This document shows, one piece after another, positions 46,301-62,600 of a stretch of DNA of 64,000 nt. The position numbers and the translations under genes are program-made. Numbering within the stretch: the first letter of the stretch is position 1; each line of letters begins with the position of its first letter. Under the pieces are notes generated by a model. That model saw only the letters and a list, made by a program, of their open reading frames with translations. It had not been told where the DNA came from and made no database searches. Source of the DNA: Tubiluchus corallicola (taxonomy: Eukaryota > Animalia > Priapulida); NCBI GenBank assembly GCA_030141605.1, contig JAQGDQ010000167.1, forward strand, positions 1 to 64,000. The letters run 5' to 3'.

Positions 46301-49300
46301 ATATAATATTTAATGTTAGTAGTTCAACACCTCTTACATTGTTCATCAAATAAAAATAATTCTTAAAGCAATTATTTAATTAGTTAGCTATTCGACTAAA
46401 ATCATTGATAAAAGCCAAACAACAAAGAAGTGAATAACACGACATTTCAGTCCACCAGATAAAAGAAAAAAGCAGACGAGTTCACTACATAATTTGTGTG
46501 CTTCCAAACCGAAACCGTCCATAAGTCCAGCATAGTTAAAACTATGTTATTCTGCTTCAAAGTAAAATGCACCAAAATTTTGGCCAAATGTCTATTTTTT
46601 GTTTTTTAAAAAAACAAGTGCTAAACATATTGGACATTTATATTATAGCATCAAATTATCAAGAAAATGTTAAAAAAATACTAAAAATCTAATTTTGTAA
46701 TCCCGTACCAACTTCTCTGGCTAGAAACTAGCACTGCAATTGAGAAAAACTTCAAACTCCAATAGTAACTCATGGAATCATTGATTTTGCTTCGGGTTTT
46801 TTCTATTGGATTCATGGGAACTTCAATAGGTTCTTGCAAAATCCATAGCAACCACCGATTGCTAAATGTTTTGCAGAAACATGACAAAAAACAATGGCTA
46901 ACTTTAATAGCGATTCTCTCAAAATTATGTGTTTCATATCATATGTAACCTATACCTCAATTTCAACGTGGATTATCTCAGCTTAAAAATAATGTACAGC
47001 AATGACCTTAGTATCAAAATGATTCTCACTAAATGGAGATTCAGGCTATGTGAATAACTAGAAAAGCTTAAGTGGCAACTATGCTATTGGACGATTTTGC
47101 TATGTAAGCATACATATTATTTTCAGAACTAAATCACCAAGATTTGACTACCTCCTAAATGAACAGCTTTCCGTCGCTCAACATGAACTGTTAACAAATC
47201 AGTAGAGATTACAGTCGGTTCTTCTCCCCGCACTTTGTATGTCCTAATGGATGTAACGATGTCATCAATAAGCTCCAAGGACTTTTTTGCAACATCTTTT
47301 GCCTAGGAGATTATAAGAAGCTCTGATTACTTCTCTATTTCTTCATAACTTTGTCAATGGACAAACAGATTCAAAAAAAGCAAAATTTGCATAAAAGTCT
47401 CGGCATCACAGCCAATTATGCTTAAACTGTATATATATTATTATATATCTGTACTTTCTGGTTTGACCTCTTCCTGATTATAATCATGTTCATAAACTGG
47501 GTGGCGTAGCTCAATGGTACCATGCTCACTTCCCATCCAGGAGGTCGCAGATTGAACTTCAGACCGAGTTATACCAAAGACTTAAAAAATGGTAGCGTTG
47601 GTTTTTTGACCAAGCACGCGTGTTTTTAGAAGCATCGTGTGGGTAATAAAATCAGGACCACATTGGAACTTGTTGCTTACCTCTCAGGAGAAGGATAAAC
47701 TGACAAGTAGACATTTTGTTTTCTTATTACTTTGTCATTTTTGTTATTCTTAACTGTCCTTCGCAAAACTGTTATTGATAGTTGTGATAATATGACCTGC
47801 TCTGATTTATCTAAATGAACTAAAAAGTAAATAAAAGTAATAGAAATAATCATGATCTTTTTTCCATTTCATATGAAATTTTGTTGTTGGAATGTTTGAA
47901 ATCTATGTATGTCACAGTCAACATGGAGAACAATAATGCCTATGCAGACCCCCATGAAATGTAACATCAAGACCCGTTGGTGTTTAAAGTGAGCACTTTG
48001 ACATTGCAACGTCTCTAAAAAAGAGATTAATTACACTTGTGTCGTTTATTTTCTGGTTCATATGCCTTGTTACCGTCTGAAAAACTGCAGGACAACAACC
48101 GCCCACGTATGTTGCAAAACCTTTTATTGTGAATAAGGGATCACACAACAGATTGGTCAGATTTGTGGATGAGTTGGGAGGTAAAGAGTTCCACCCCCAC
48201 CAGAAAAATCTACTAGCTCCCAATCACTAGCCAAAGGGTTCACACTAGACAGTAAATCAACTCGCAGCAACTGTCGGAAAGTTTGAAATTTCTTGAAGTA
48301 ACTCGTAAGACAGTTCACACTTACGAGTTTGCTGCCAGATAGGAAAGTGGATACCTAGTTTGAATGCACCATTAGCTAGAAACACCATTACCTTTTCTTA
48401 TAGTGACGCTATATTGATCAAGTTAATATGTTACTTGCTCTAACCACACATATTACATTATTTACAGTAGAAATTTCATTTTATATAAAATGTTTGTTTT
48501 TCCACATTTTCAAGCACATCTATCACATGTAGGTAACCACATTCTCATGATTCTCAGATAGTTTACTGAATTGCAGCAATGCAGCACTAACCAGAATTAC
48601 AAAGCAGCAAGAATTTGCAAATACAGGACTATTCTGTCAACTCTATCAGTTCGGCACTATAAGTTGCATCATAAGCAGTACTAGCAGTACTATTGCCATA
48701 AAAACCAAGGACAAATTGTTTTTAAAGATGCAGTTGAAATGATATAACAAAAAATAACTTTTAATCATGTACAATACACACCTGTGCAAACTTTTCTTCA
48801 GTTGTCTGGGTATCAACCACTAGAGTTTCTTCTTCCTCATCTGTTGCCACATTGTCCTCAATTACCTCTGCCCTAATGAATTTTATTGCTCCTCCGAACA
48901 AAGTGGAAACTCCAGTTAAGATAGACCTGTGCAAAAACAGACACCTTTTAATTGCACAGAAGTTCTATTATGGGTAAGTTTTTGAGTGAAGGACTCGAAA
49001 CATCATGTGCAAGTATTATATTTCATGCACTTTAGAGAAGAGCAGCTTCCTCGAGACTGCTTAAAGTCACGAAGCCACCCTCAAGCTTTAGCAACTATTA
49101 TTGTTAACTTTTTTAATAAATAATAAAAATTGTTCTTATATCTTAATTAATTATTACTGACTGATCGACTTCACGACCGAGACATCTGATTCGGAGCCAT
49201 CCACATATAACGATATCAAGTTTTTGACCAATTTCGAGGACCTACCTTCCTTGCGTTACAACGGCGTCATCACATGCCCCACCACCTACCTCCCCCTTAT

Positions 49301-52300
49301 ATTGATATCGATATGAAACCGATGTAGCTTTTTGTATATTTTAATTCTTTCTCCCAAGGTAAGGCAACAACATCACTTGTGTTAATTAACGGGAAGCCAT
49401 CACTGGATTCTGTTGGCATCGGCAGTGGCAGCCCCAAACAAACACAGCAAATCGAGATTTCACGGAAAAACTGAAAAAATGGCAGCTGTTGGTAACAGAT
49501 GTTAAATGGTGCAAATTTGGCGACATGATAACGATGCGATACGATACTTTTATAATGATACGATAATGATGATCCATTTTTAGACAATATGATACGACAA
49601 ATTATTGCTAGCGATAAAAAAGACAATTTATGAACAACAGAAAAAGTATCATTAATAAGTAAAATTATTAAGTGTTGTGTACTTAAATGGCTGCTAGTTA
49701 TGAAACACAAGTCTTTTGTGTCTTTATGTCTAATAAAGAGGCATGGTATCTAACTATAATTATATTAAGTTTTTAACACTTTAAGTTGCAGATTGGCAGA
49801 TTAAGTTGGTAGTACTATAAATATAGGCAACTACTATAAGAGCTACTAGCTTCACGAATCCAATCTGTCACAGATAGTCAATTATATTATCATGTGCTCT
49901 CAGTAATGCATAAATACAAAGTGTTTATGTAAATGAGGTGGGTAGTTTGGCAAGAGCAGCCCATTGTTGCTTGCAGAGCAAGAACTAAGAAACCAGGCAG
50001 ATGCAATGATTCATTTGGCAATTACATCTGTATTATAATTAGCATTGACATATGCCTCTTTCAAATGTTTAGCCACAATTGTGTGTAATTTTCTTGCAGT
50101 AATTTTCTTGCAGTACTTACAGACGGGAAATGTTTCTGATAATTCCGCTGTACTGTTTCTCAGTCACGATTTCTACAAAACAGTCAGTCGCTGCTGACGG
50201 AGTGCAAGGCATGTGTATAGGGTATACGGTACACTGTACAGTGTATTTGGCAATCATGCGTCAGTATGATTCAAAAATCAGAATGAAGATAGCCGCTATT
50301 GCTAGGGGAAAGTACAAGAAAATGATTCGGCGCTGACGAGCTTATAATTTTAAATAATTCTTTTTGTCAATTTTTCTGCGTACTTAATCTAAATAAATGG
50401 AAAAACAAAGTGAAGCGATTTTATACAGGTAAGCGATAAGCAATGATACGCGCGCAATTCGATACGATAACGATATTTCTAGATTATTATCAATATGATA
50501 CGGATAAAAATGAATCTTTAGTAAGGATACGATAATCCACAATTATCCATATGACAATTATTGATACATATTGTTATCGTCAACATCCCTAGTTGCTGGG
50601 ATTAACAAAAAATGGAGCGTCGTCTGCTGCTGGCATGCACGGGCGAAAAAAGCATGCAGTCAGATAACAAAATCACGACTAAATCACAACGTACCTTGCA
50701 TTATAATGGCATTATCACATCTTCTGCCACCTACCTAGGTACCTAAATTTGATATCGTTATATAATTTCAGCCCATTATTAAAGACAAACATTATGACCT
50801 AAGGATGACACCATGTTTACTACAGACATCTAACTTGCATCAGGATCAAATTGGGGGTCATACGAAGATGACTGGCTGAATGACAAAATACCTAGATGAA
50901 TCTTCTAAATCGCAAGAGCTCGGAACATGTTCCATCGCATTACGTTTTAAAGCCTTTCCAATTTCCTGAAACTTGTCCATGGCAACCATCTATCAAAGCA
51001 AACAAAATTAATTACACGTCTCCAACAACTCATTAGCAGAATGGCACAGGGAGTTAAATACACAGTAATAAAATGTTTACTTTTATCGAAATTGACTAAT
51101 GCATTGATGGGCTCCACGGGAAACAGTGTAAACACTCCACTTATACGAAGTTTAAAAATTTGTCTTGAAATTTTATACCATGTAAATACTGCCTTTTTGC
51201 AATCATTACTTGTGTCGGCAGTAACGCTGTATAAAACATGTAAATTTAAACTCCAGCGATGACCGTTAGATGCAGCAATTCTCGTGTTAAGTCATTTGAA
51301 ACAAGTTTAGATGACATTGTGTAAAGTTTGAAAAAGTAATCAGAACATTCGTGGCACACGCGTCACTGAATCTTGTCAATAAGATGAAAAAATCATTTTA
51401 GTTAGTCATTGGTGCACCCTGGAGGGTGAGAAAACGACATATTACCAATTGGTTATAATTACTTTTCTAGTTACATAAGTCTTTTAAGCTGGTAAGCGAA
51501 ATGCTAAGCAACATAACTTTGTATGGAAAGTTTTTTGAGATAAGATTTAACATTGCCTTTTCAACCCCCTCATTTACATTGTATGTATATGACCCCATGT
51601 ATTAGCGTGGTCGGAACAGTGTTGTAGGAAATGGAAAAAAACAAAAACTCCTTTTAACGCAGGTACGATATATGCATAAAATTGCTATAAAGTAATATTA
51701 TTTTTAAGGCGATTTTTCTTAAACCTACTTCAGTTACCCCTTTTCTTGTTCTTTGAGCCACAAGTGAAGAAGATTAAAAGCTAATAATGTAAATGTAACG
51801 TAGACTTAATGTTGAACGACAGCTCAAATAAAGTCATTGCAAAGTACAATTAATAAAATGGGCTGAATTAAACCATTTAAAAGTTTTTATTTTTGAGATT
51901 AAACTGTTGAATTACACAAAAAGTAGTTTACAACTATAACATTCGTTTTTACAGTTCATCGCAAAATTCAGTATTTAGTATAGGGCCCTACGTAATGTAC
52001 ATGATTGTGGGAGGGAGGGGGCTGGAATCTTGCTCATTCAAATGGAAAAACCTGAAAAATACACAGTAAACTGGCAGTGATGTCTTCGTATTGTTAGCAA
52101 TCTTACACATCTTACTTCATCTAGGTAAATATCCATAAGCAGCCTGTCTAGACACAGTTTTTTGCACTATCCACCTATGAACTAAGCTCGGGGTCACTTA
52201 ACTTCATTCACTTAGTATACTGTGACCACTCAGCCATTTACCTTGCATTCAGAAAATATTATAACATGATTCATATATTAATTGTTAGGTCTATCATAAA

Positions 52301-55300
52301 CACTTTTTCAGGACCACGTTCATGCTCTTGTCTCAATTTAAGTCTCAGAATAAATTTGGAAAGAACCTTGTTAAAACTTTTGAAACTCCTTTCTCTGTAG
52401 AAAACCAACAAAAGTAGAGACAAGTCAAGTAATTGAGTCACATAAAAAGTAAATGGAGTATCTGACTCACGATTAAACAAACCTTAGTTTTCGCTGTCAT
52501 TTCGGCTTCGACTGCGGCGGCTCGACTCAGAATAGTTGACGTCTGCTTCACAGCACTCATGCTGTCTACAGGCATCTTAGCCACAACGTTCACTAGTGAT
52601 GCTCTTACCTGTAATTAACAAAATAAAAAATTGCATAGAAAAAAATTCATGGACTTAAAATGTATACAACTTTTCGCTAATAAAAGACAAATCACAGCTA
52701 TTTCCTTCAATACATGCAGCAAGTCCATGCTTAAAGCAAAACCGGATCCCGTCTTAAACTGCAGGTCAAAACAATCTACTCGTTAAAATATTGTAGGAAA
52801 CATGCTATTTATTTGAAAATGACTTACGTGAAAGAATTGTTATCACACAAACACAAATTTGCTTTCGAGCCACAAGTTCATCGCTGTTACATGCATTTCG
52901 CTAGTTGTTCACTAGTTAGATAGGCACTAGCGCCTGCATTTCGAAAACACATTGCACAAAAAACAGGTGCTGTACCTCTCAGTTCAGACGTGTTAGTTTA
53001 CAACAAACTGCACACGTTCGACAGCTCATGTGTGAACACAGCGGTAAATTTGTAATATGAATTTTTATCTTAAAATATGCCTAGTTTTAGTACAATATCT
53101 TACAGTAGCACTGTACTTCAATTTTTGCCCCACAAACACGCTACATGCTCATGGAATATTTTTGATGTTAAAAATTATGTTCGTTTGTGATTTCATCAAT
53201 AGTTGGGCTTGCAAGCCATTAATTAAGTTTTTAATCTATTATTTAATTATCAGAAATGCTTTTGCAGTATTAATTGTGTTAAAATGCATACTTTTGTCCA
53301 ACTTGAAAATGGTGTAGTATATGAAAAATCATCCTGTCTTCCTTTAATGACACTAATGTGATCCAGCAAAGTGAAACGAAACGATATTTTCATTAAAAAA
53401 CAATGTAGAAGAATACAGTTCAATTCCACGAACAAAAATTGATAATTCTTGGGTCATAGATCAAACATTTTACTGACTTTCATTGCCTGCACAAGTGCAC
53501 TATGTCTCTACAAGCCAACAATTTATAAACAAAGAGTACATTGGGATGACATCATAACAACGGTCCAGCAAAAAATGCCCAAAATTAGACCTACAATTAA
53601 CTTCCAGTTATTGGTCGTGGAAAGAGTGTTTGCAAAAGAAGAGAGTTTCCTGGGTCCCTCTTTGCAAAGAAATTTCCCTACAAGCGTTCAGCGCATTGTT
53701 ACCTGAGCTTTTTTCTGCAGAAATGCTCGCTCTTCTTCTTTTTCCTGCCAAGTTTTATGCTTTTTGGTTGGTGAGACGCCGTCATGACGCGTGAGACGCG
53801 TCACATTCGCATTCAGCACAGATGTCGCAACATTCACTATAGTTGCAATACCTAAAGAAGACTACTAAACTTTTGTAATAATATCCGCTTTAAAAAAACA
53901 GCAAAAGGTCTTAGTCAGAGACACAATTTAGGTGACCATGGTATGCAAAAAACTTAGATGTTTCAACTATCACTGCAATCACATCAGTAAACAGTAAAAC
54001 TATCAGTAAAATACAAGATTTTTTAAAAAGCCAACTCTGTATATTTAGAGTCAACAGCAGATTAGCCCTTTCTTAACTATGATAAATAGAAATGCAGCAA
54101 AGTATAAGCAAATATGTAGAAAACCATTATGGCCCGAGGTGATAGGGACGTCTGATAAATTCCCTCAATACTATTATTACTACTTCTACTACTTAATGCA
54201 ATTTGGGTAAATACCACCTTGGGTGGCACTAAATTTGGAAAAAAACATCTTAACAGTCAATGTGGCCTTTACTTGACATTACTCGACGACAACAGAAACA
54301 GTTCTTAGACATAACCATTAGTAATTTTTTGTAGCACTGTATTTAGTCAAACAAACATTTATACGCTTCTATTGTACAGATAGAATCGGCATGAAAATAT
54401 TTTCAACACAAAACGACCTCGCCACATCGGCACTACTCATACTAGCAAAACTGACAAATTTACATACTGGCAAAACTGACAAATTTACAAAAAGTTCCAG
54501 AGGCGACAATTTCAGATGGAGTGAAGAACACGAAAGCAGGGGAACATGAATGCAGGCTATACTTGCTTCACTTCTATTGAAGGATGCAAATAGACCATAA
54601 TAGGCAATTAGCATAACTATACACTGGAACCGAATATACATATTTTAATTACCGTATATACGTGTGTACAAGTCGACCTTATGTACAAGTCCACGTGCAT
54701 TTTAAGACCAAACATTGCATCATTTTATATCTTACCTGTGTACAAGTCGACCATAAAATATTAAGATCTTCCAGAGTAAATGATGTCAACTATGGCCGAA
54801 TAATAAATCAATAGTTGCGTTAAATTTATGCATGTATGCTGGTAATCGATATTTTGCCAATAAAACACGCATATACAAGGCCAGTGGAAAACTTCCTGCG
54901 GAAGCCGATAGGCAGCAGCACCTGCACAACATTGGCGATTTCCATGTTCTGATCGAGTGCTCCATCGCTAGTTTATTTACCGGTAATATATAAATTTTAA
55001 CTTAATTTCACATACATTAAAATAAATTACAGTCATATTTGTGAATTTTGTGAAGTAATGTGAAGTTGCGAACATTCTCTGATGTGAAGTATCACAGTAT
55101 GATTGTTCATTCAGTCCAGCGTATAATGAAGGATTATTTCTTTACATATTCGTATTGTAGATGACTCTTTGGCGAAATCTCCCGAAAACATATCGTAAGT
55201 ATAACTCGACCTCCAAAAATTTCACCTTAAAATCGCCTCCCAAAAATTGGACTTGTACATGAGTATATACGGTATACTGTTTATGTTTATATATCTATAT

Positions 55301-56564
55301 GCACTTATCCAATCTACAACAACTAACCCTCACAGCTAATTCAATTAATTTGGTTGAAAATCGAAATGGCAGTCGCTCCTCTAAAGATCTTGCATTTATG
55401 AAAAAAGGAAAGCCATTTAGAAATGCATTACCAAGTGAAATAAAACACATAAATCAAGGTCACCTGAGGTCATCTTGTGACATCACTCATAATGTAATAT
55501 GTACACATTATGCTACTCTTGAAAAAACCCAAAAAAACATCACAATTCTTTCTCTTTTAATATACAAAGCAATGTTGTTGCTGTTGTTGTCGTCGTGGTC
55601 ATTGCAGAGATTCGGACATTGTAAGTTACCAATATCTCTTATTCATCACAATATCACTTATGTTCTTTGCATGTCATCATCGTGGTCGTGGTTGTCGTCA
55701 TCGTCGTCGTTATCAATGCCTAAATAGATTCGGACATTGTAAGTTACCAACAACTCTTAATCACCACAAAATCACTTATGTTCTTTGCATACCGTCATCG
55801 TGGTCGTGGTCACCATCGTGGTTTTCGTCATTGTCGTCGTTATCTATGCTTAAATAGATTCGGACATTGTAAGCTAGCAACAACTCTTAATCATCACAAA
55901 ATCACTTATGTACTTTGTATGTCGCCGGCCTTTAACAATTCATCAACTTTACTTGGTCCATCAGAGTCACTTGAAACGGTCAGCTTTTTCAACGCATCGT
56001 AAACGTCCATTTCAGGAACTGTTGCGAACTGGAACTGGAGATCGGCATGCCCGTACGGGTACACCTGCAATATCCATCGAGCACATACAACGTTAATGCT
56101 ACCGTTGTAAACTTACCAAAAAATAATGAAAAGGGCAAAAACAAAGAAACAATATTCGAGAAGAAAATAACAATACGACAATGACAGCAATAACAATATT
56201 GACAGAAAATAATCCAATGATATTATTGTAATAAGATTGATTTTTTACACCGTGTTTAAAACTCCACATGAACATTCTTATTCTCGTTGGAGATGTTCTC
56301 CATTGTACAAGTCTTGGAAAGTTTTACAAATAATTCTAGGTTTATTAGTCTGTGTCTTTCCGAAAAAAAATTTCCATGTTACATTCACTATCTATATAAT
56401 TGAAGTTAACGGCAGTGGTCCTAACAAGCCACTGGCATAGCAGCGTCTAGTTTTTTGCGGGATTACTGCTGTGCTTATCTGTCTTGAGGGCAGATTTCTT
56501 TTATTTTAGAATACTGCCTGCCGACTGCCTACAATAGATGTAATAGGCATGTGATGATGATGAT

Positions 56565-56620
<56 letters not shown>

Positions 56621-59600
56621 GCCACTGTTTGTGGTTCAAAAACTTTACCGTGCATATCTCAGTATATGTTCGTTAAAGTGTTATCGTTGATTCGAAATAC
56701 GAGCTTCATAGAACTACATCTAATTAATAATTAAAACTAAATCAGCTAGTTTTAATTATAAAATTGTTGCACATGAAAACAGGCTAATTTTTACTATCTC
56801 TCTGTGGCAGAGGAAATGCAGCATAACTAATGCAAATGGAGACAAACCGAAAGCCTGATGTTGTTTACATACAAATTATACATTAACAAAACTGATTAAA
56901 TCTACAAATAAATAAGAAATTTGTTATATAAAAATTATGCAACATACTTATGCAGAACATAAAGAATAATCAGACTTAAATGTAACTAGTATAAACCAGA
57001 GTGTTTACCGTGACATTAAATTTCGACCAAGTAGCTGATTTATATGAATCCGACACCATAAGCACTAATTCTGCTGTATAATTCCTCTCTGCCAAGCCAG
57101 GAGATAGGAGAGTAGGTGGAAGTTTAGGCTCAGAACCGTAGTGTAATAATGTCTCTGAAACAGATTGTCATAAATTTAGATAAGCATTCTTTGTATCTTA
57201 ATCTCAGTGTAATTACAGGAAAAGCCGAGACTTCTCTATGAGTTTATTGCTTATACATGTACAATGCAGTGTCTGTATAAAAAGCTTATTTCAAGTTCAC
57301 AAAAAACAATCGAAGAATTTAGTAATAACAGCATGATAAGCTCCTAGTATAATTAAGTGAAGAAAGCTTAAAGTCACAATCTTTTCACATTTGGGCGCTC
57401 CCATTTTCTACTTCCACTCTTTTACCAATGATGTCGTTCATTGACTGAAGGAAAGTAGTGCACCGTCAATTTCCGTAAAAAGTATAAGTTTTTGCAAAAA
57501 AAATAGATAGCTAATATTGCGATATTTTTGCATGAATATTAGATAAGCTGCAGATGTTTGAGTGAATTTAAGCATTTGCGTGTTTACGGAAAGCCATCTT
57601 GCGCTTATAAAAAGTCACGAAGTCCAACAATTACGTTGTAATTTTCAAGTGAATGACGACTACCACTACACTCGAAAATTTCTATACAGTGATAGCATAA
57701 ATTAACTTTACGATATGTAGACAGCTTTTTAAAAATTTATTTGTTACATTTTTCTAAGTTTAAGTGACTTATCCTTTCCTTTAATATACAGTAGTACCAC
57801 TGTTTTCGACTACAATTCGTTCCTAAAGAGTGTTTGAAAACCGATTTGGTTGAGTACTGATTTCCATAAGAAATAATGTAAAAGTGTGGAACAAATAATC
57901 TGTTCTCAAGCACCAAATGAACTGTAAAGTATTACTAAAACGAAATAAAATAATGCAAAAATGTTTATTCAAACAGTCAATATGATATAATTAATAAGAA
58001 AAACTTAATAGAATTACTCACAAAGAAAAACATAATTATTCATGCACGAAAAAACCCATAAAAAAGAAGTGGAGAAAGCACTTAGCGATGTTAGGCGATT
58101 CAAATGTTATGCGTGACTACTCTCGGGCGTGGTCGGTTACACTCGGCTCTACTCGGTTCGCCGTGCATGCATTTTCAGACAATTTCAGCTCGAATTTTCT
58201 GGTCGAAAACCGTTTTGTACGAGTACGGGGACGTTTGACAACGGAGGTATGATTATTATAATCCTAAAATGTTGGATAACCACAGCCAAACTGTTAACCT
58301 GAGCTTATTTTTAGCTGACACACCATTGATACAATATGACAAATTACAAAACCCTGCAAACTAAAATGATTTTATCTTTATTTGCTATAGTGCAGCTAAA
58401 CATTTTTCTATTTAGAAAGAAGAAAGGAAACAACTTGAAATGCTGCTCTGTCAATTATTAACAATTTCATAACTGAACCGCTTAAGTGAAGTAATGCACT
58501 TTACAAATACTGTTGCCATGGTAAACAATACATTAATAAAAGATGAATACTAGAGTCAGACATTGTCAGATGAGTAAGATAAATTTTAAACTGATAAGAA
58601 TATCGATCAGTATTTAATTGGACTTCGATACCCTTAAAAAAAAAATAATAATAATAATAACAACAACAATACCCTTAAATTTACTAATAATAAGCAATAT
58701 ATTGCACATTTAGATAAATAATACATACCATGTTTCAGTTCGTTGCCCCTTGTGTAGTGAAATTCATATGTTAATGGAACGTCTTCATCAATATAATTCT
58801 CACAGTCAACAGAAAATTCGGTAACCACAGCAATGCCTTAATAGATGTAGAAAAAAGAGCTTTTATTAGCAGAAATATGCACGATGGTCAAAACTCAAGA
58901 TTGTAAGCTGCCAATTGTTCCAAATAAACAGAAGAGGTGCAAAAACTTCTTAGATATTCAAATTTTAGTATATCTTTCAAGAAGATGCAGAATTTAAAAC
59001 TGCACAGGACATGTCATGGCTAATGTTGAGCATATGTGATAAAGACTTACCTTTAACCGGCATAACAGTACAATTTGCCGGCACAGGCCGCTCATTAACA
59101 TAAAGCTCGTGTGTAGCCATTCCAAAACCACCACTTTTCAGATGACCTAAACAAAACAGCATTAATGACATGACAATGTATCTGATATTAGTATAAATAA
59201 GTAGTACCAGTAGTAGTAAAATGCCATAGTGAGTATACAATAAATTACATACATTATAAGCAGGCACAGACTAATGAAATTATGGAGCCCCCTGTGACGG
59301 AGTCACCCTCTAACTCTTGACACTTAAATGTTTTTCATACATGATATATTTTCGCGACATTTACGTAGCTTGAAGTGAACTAGCAAATTCTTTAAATAAA
59401 CTAGAATTACTATCTTTTGTTTGTCAATAAAAATATTGTTTAAGAAAAACTACTATTTTACTATTTGTTGCAAAACAAATTAACACGTATTTCAACACAA
59501 CTATAGTAAAAAAACAGACTTTTCACCAAAGCTTGAGGGTCCCAAGTTTCCAGCATTGTAGCCTATACTAGTGTATAGGATAATCCAGCCCTCTTGAGGG

Positions 59601-62600
59601 CCCCAAGCCTGAACGGCCCTGTGCCACAGTCTATACTAGTCTATAGAATAATCCTGCCCTGATTATGCTGCAGAACATTTTACAAATTAGTTCAAATATC
59701 AGCTCAGGCAACTGTACACTTCAGTGGTAAAGAATTTACTTTAGTTGCTTTTAAATCTCTAAACTACTGTTCTCGCGATATCAGGTTTGCATAAACTAGA
59801 ATATACTTTAATGCCTTCGTCACGAACAGCAGGTGCAATAACAGTTCACTGGTGACTTAATTTTACTCTCCACACATGTACTTAGGCTAGCAAGTCAGGT
59901 TTCAGCCCGACACATGACAATGTTTATGAAAATTTTGAAAGAAATAAGCAGAAAAACTACTGACATTGATATCATCACATACATGGATCACATAAAACAG
60001 AAAACAGAAACATGAACAAACTGGCAAATCATCCTATACAAGTGTCTGGCCCATTCTTACCAATCTTACAGTCAGTGTTTGGAACAACTACCTTTTTCTC
60101 ACCTACCTTTAATTTATTTTCCTCAGCTTCTACAGATATCTACAGTATCTACATCTACTTTCGAAATATCTACCTTAATCTACTTAAATAAATAAAAACA
60201 AACAGGTAATAAATTGTTAATAAACTCTGTTAGCTCCTTTATCTTCCAATGTTTCCTTCATCTTTGTCTCAGATATTATTATGGAAAATCGTTCATTCTG
60301 TTCATGTTTTGAAAAACAGTCATTCTTGCATTTTGCTCATGCATCGTGTAACATGTACAAAACACTGCTTACAGTTATTACCTTTCGCTTCAACTGTGTA
60401 ATTTTCTCCTTCTTCAAATGCATTTTTCTTTATCAGGAAGATATCAGTCTCTGAACAAAACGATGACATCGAAGCAATGTCAAATAAGTGGTCATTACTA
60501 GTCTTGACCGACCAAACATAATGCAGAGAGGTTTCTCCACAGCTTGTACATTCGGCCTGCAGAACAAGATTTTCCTCATGGTTGGCTTTTGCTTCACAGT
60601 TCTTTAAGCACCTAAATGAAACGTGAAATTTTGTATTGTTTGCATGACCAAATTGTTTTCAACTTAATTTTTGCACTGAAAGTTGTTCAAAAAGTCAACC
60701 TCTGCTGGGGTTTGAACTTAGGCCTCTGCTTAGCCAGAATACATTAACTAACTTTTGCAATAAGCCTTTTCACAGTTTCGTTGTGCATAAGTGCAGTTGC
60801 TGTAGGTCAAAGGTTAAGTGTACAACAGCAAAGCATCTTAACTGCAACCGTCACATGACATGTGGGTAAAGCGAAGCCGTCTACTGCATCAGTTCAGTAA
60901 CTTCAATTGTTTTATGTGGACATTACTTAATTATGTATTAATCTGTGTATAGAGTGATTTACTAGCAGGATCTTGCTTGTGAGCAAAAAAAAATTGAACT
61001 AGCTAAGGTTCTACCTAGCTGAAAAAAATTTTACTAACACAAAAGGCGATGCAAAGTGTACAAAAATATATTGCGTGGTTCACTTAACTTTTGACGTTTT
61101 CACGATCGTCATCAATCACTGAAACTGTGAAAAGGCTAATTGAATCACTTGTAAATTTTTATTAATACAAGCACGCATATATAAGTACAAGCTTGAAGGC
61201 ATTTCAGAATGCATACATATATTGTACATAGTAGAAATACTACAAACTGGCTGATATGGTCGCACTAATGAATAGATAAAGGAATAAATTTTATACTCCA
61301 TCAGTGACTTTTGTTATGAAGAAACTCTAAAATTTGTTGAATTAAACTAATACTCGATTATCAGAAACATAGCAGTTTGTCAGAGCCCATATCATCCAAA
61401 ATTCTGGCAGCTGTTTTACTATCTCCTTTCCCTTATTCTAAACAAACTGAAATATTCAAAAATGTCCTGAGTATTCTACCAATACTACTATTGTATCCAA
61501 TTAAATTAGAATCCATATTTTTTGCGAAAAATTAATTAAATAACAAACATGCTGAAACAGAAAAATGACCAGTTTATTTGAATGTTACCTTATTTTAATA
61601 ACAGGTCTGTCTCCAAGGTAAGTATTTATAATTTGTTTTGTAGACTGGACAGTCCGGTTTGCCTTTCCAAAAAAGAGAACAAAAGTCAAAGTTGAAAACA
61701 ACGTTAAACTCTTCTCAGGAATTGTGAAAGACGCCTCTGAAACAAACATAAGAAGTTGGGCTCAGTGAACTGTGTTAAAGTTTTCACATAGAAAACCAGA
61801 TTTGAAACCCAGATGTCTGTTTAGTAAATCCATTTGCTTGCGTTTTTCTTATAAAACATAATCAGAAATTTACAAATTATTTGAGGAAAGGAAACTTAGC
61901 TATGTAAAACTTTACAAATTTTTCAAACATAAATAAATAGGAAATTATTGGAATTCAGCCTGGGTTTGATCTGCAAACTTTTAGTTCTATAACCCAACAT
62001 TCTCACCAATAATATAGAGAATTTAGTTAAGTCTAAATAAAGTTTTACTGTTTGGGTGGCTCAGCAAGAACAAGCACTGCTTTTGTGTTTTTGTTTTTGG
62101 TAAACCTACAAACCAATTAACATTTTCAGAAAATGTTTGTTCAGTAGGCAAACCTTTAAAGCAAAAGTCAAGTCTCTCGGGAAGTTGAGCTTATTCTAAT
62201 ATTTGAGAAAAATGTTGAAAAGTTTCAGCAATTAAACTATGATAAGCGCTTCGTGTAATTAATAATTTCAATTTAAAATCGCGATCATTTCACGCTTGGG
62301 CGCACTCATTTTGGTAAAAAATGGCATAATCTGGTTAATGCGCAATATAAACAGTAATTCTGCCAAGTGCTTAAGCAATCATTTTTTGACTTATAGAGCA
62401 AACTCTGTAAACTAAGCAACCCACCCGGTATATATTGCATGCTCGCAGGTTTACATGTGTATCTGAAAGTTGTATCTCAATGCATACCTTCATCACAGTT
62501 TGCCTTCACAGCATTCATGCTGGATAGCAGTCACCAGCTTACGTCGTTTTTTCAAATATGCTGGCAGCCACGATCATTTGGCGGGAGATAAAAAATGTTT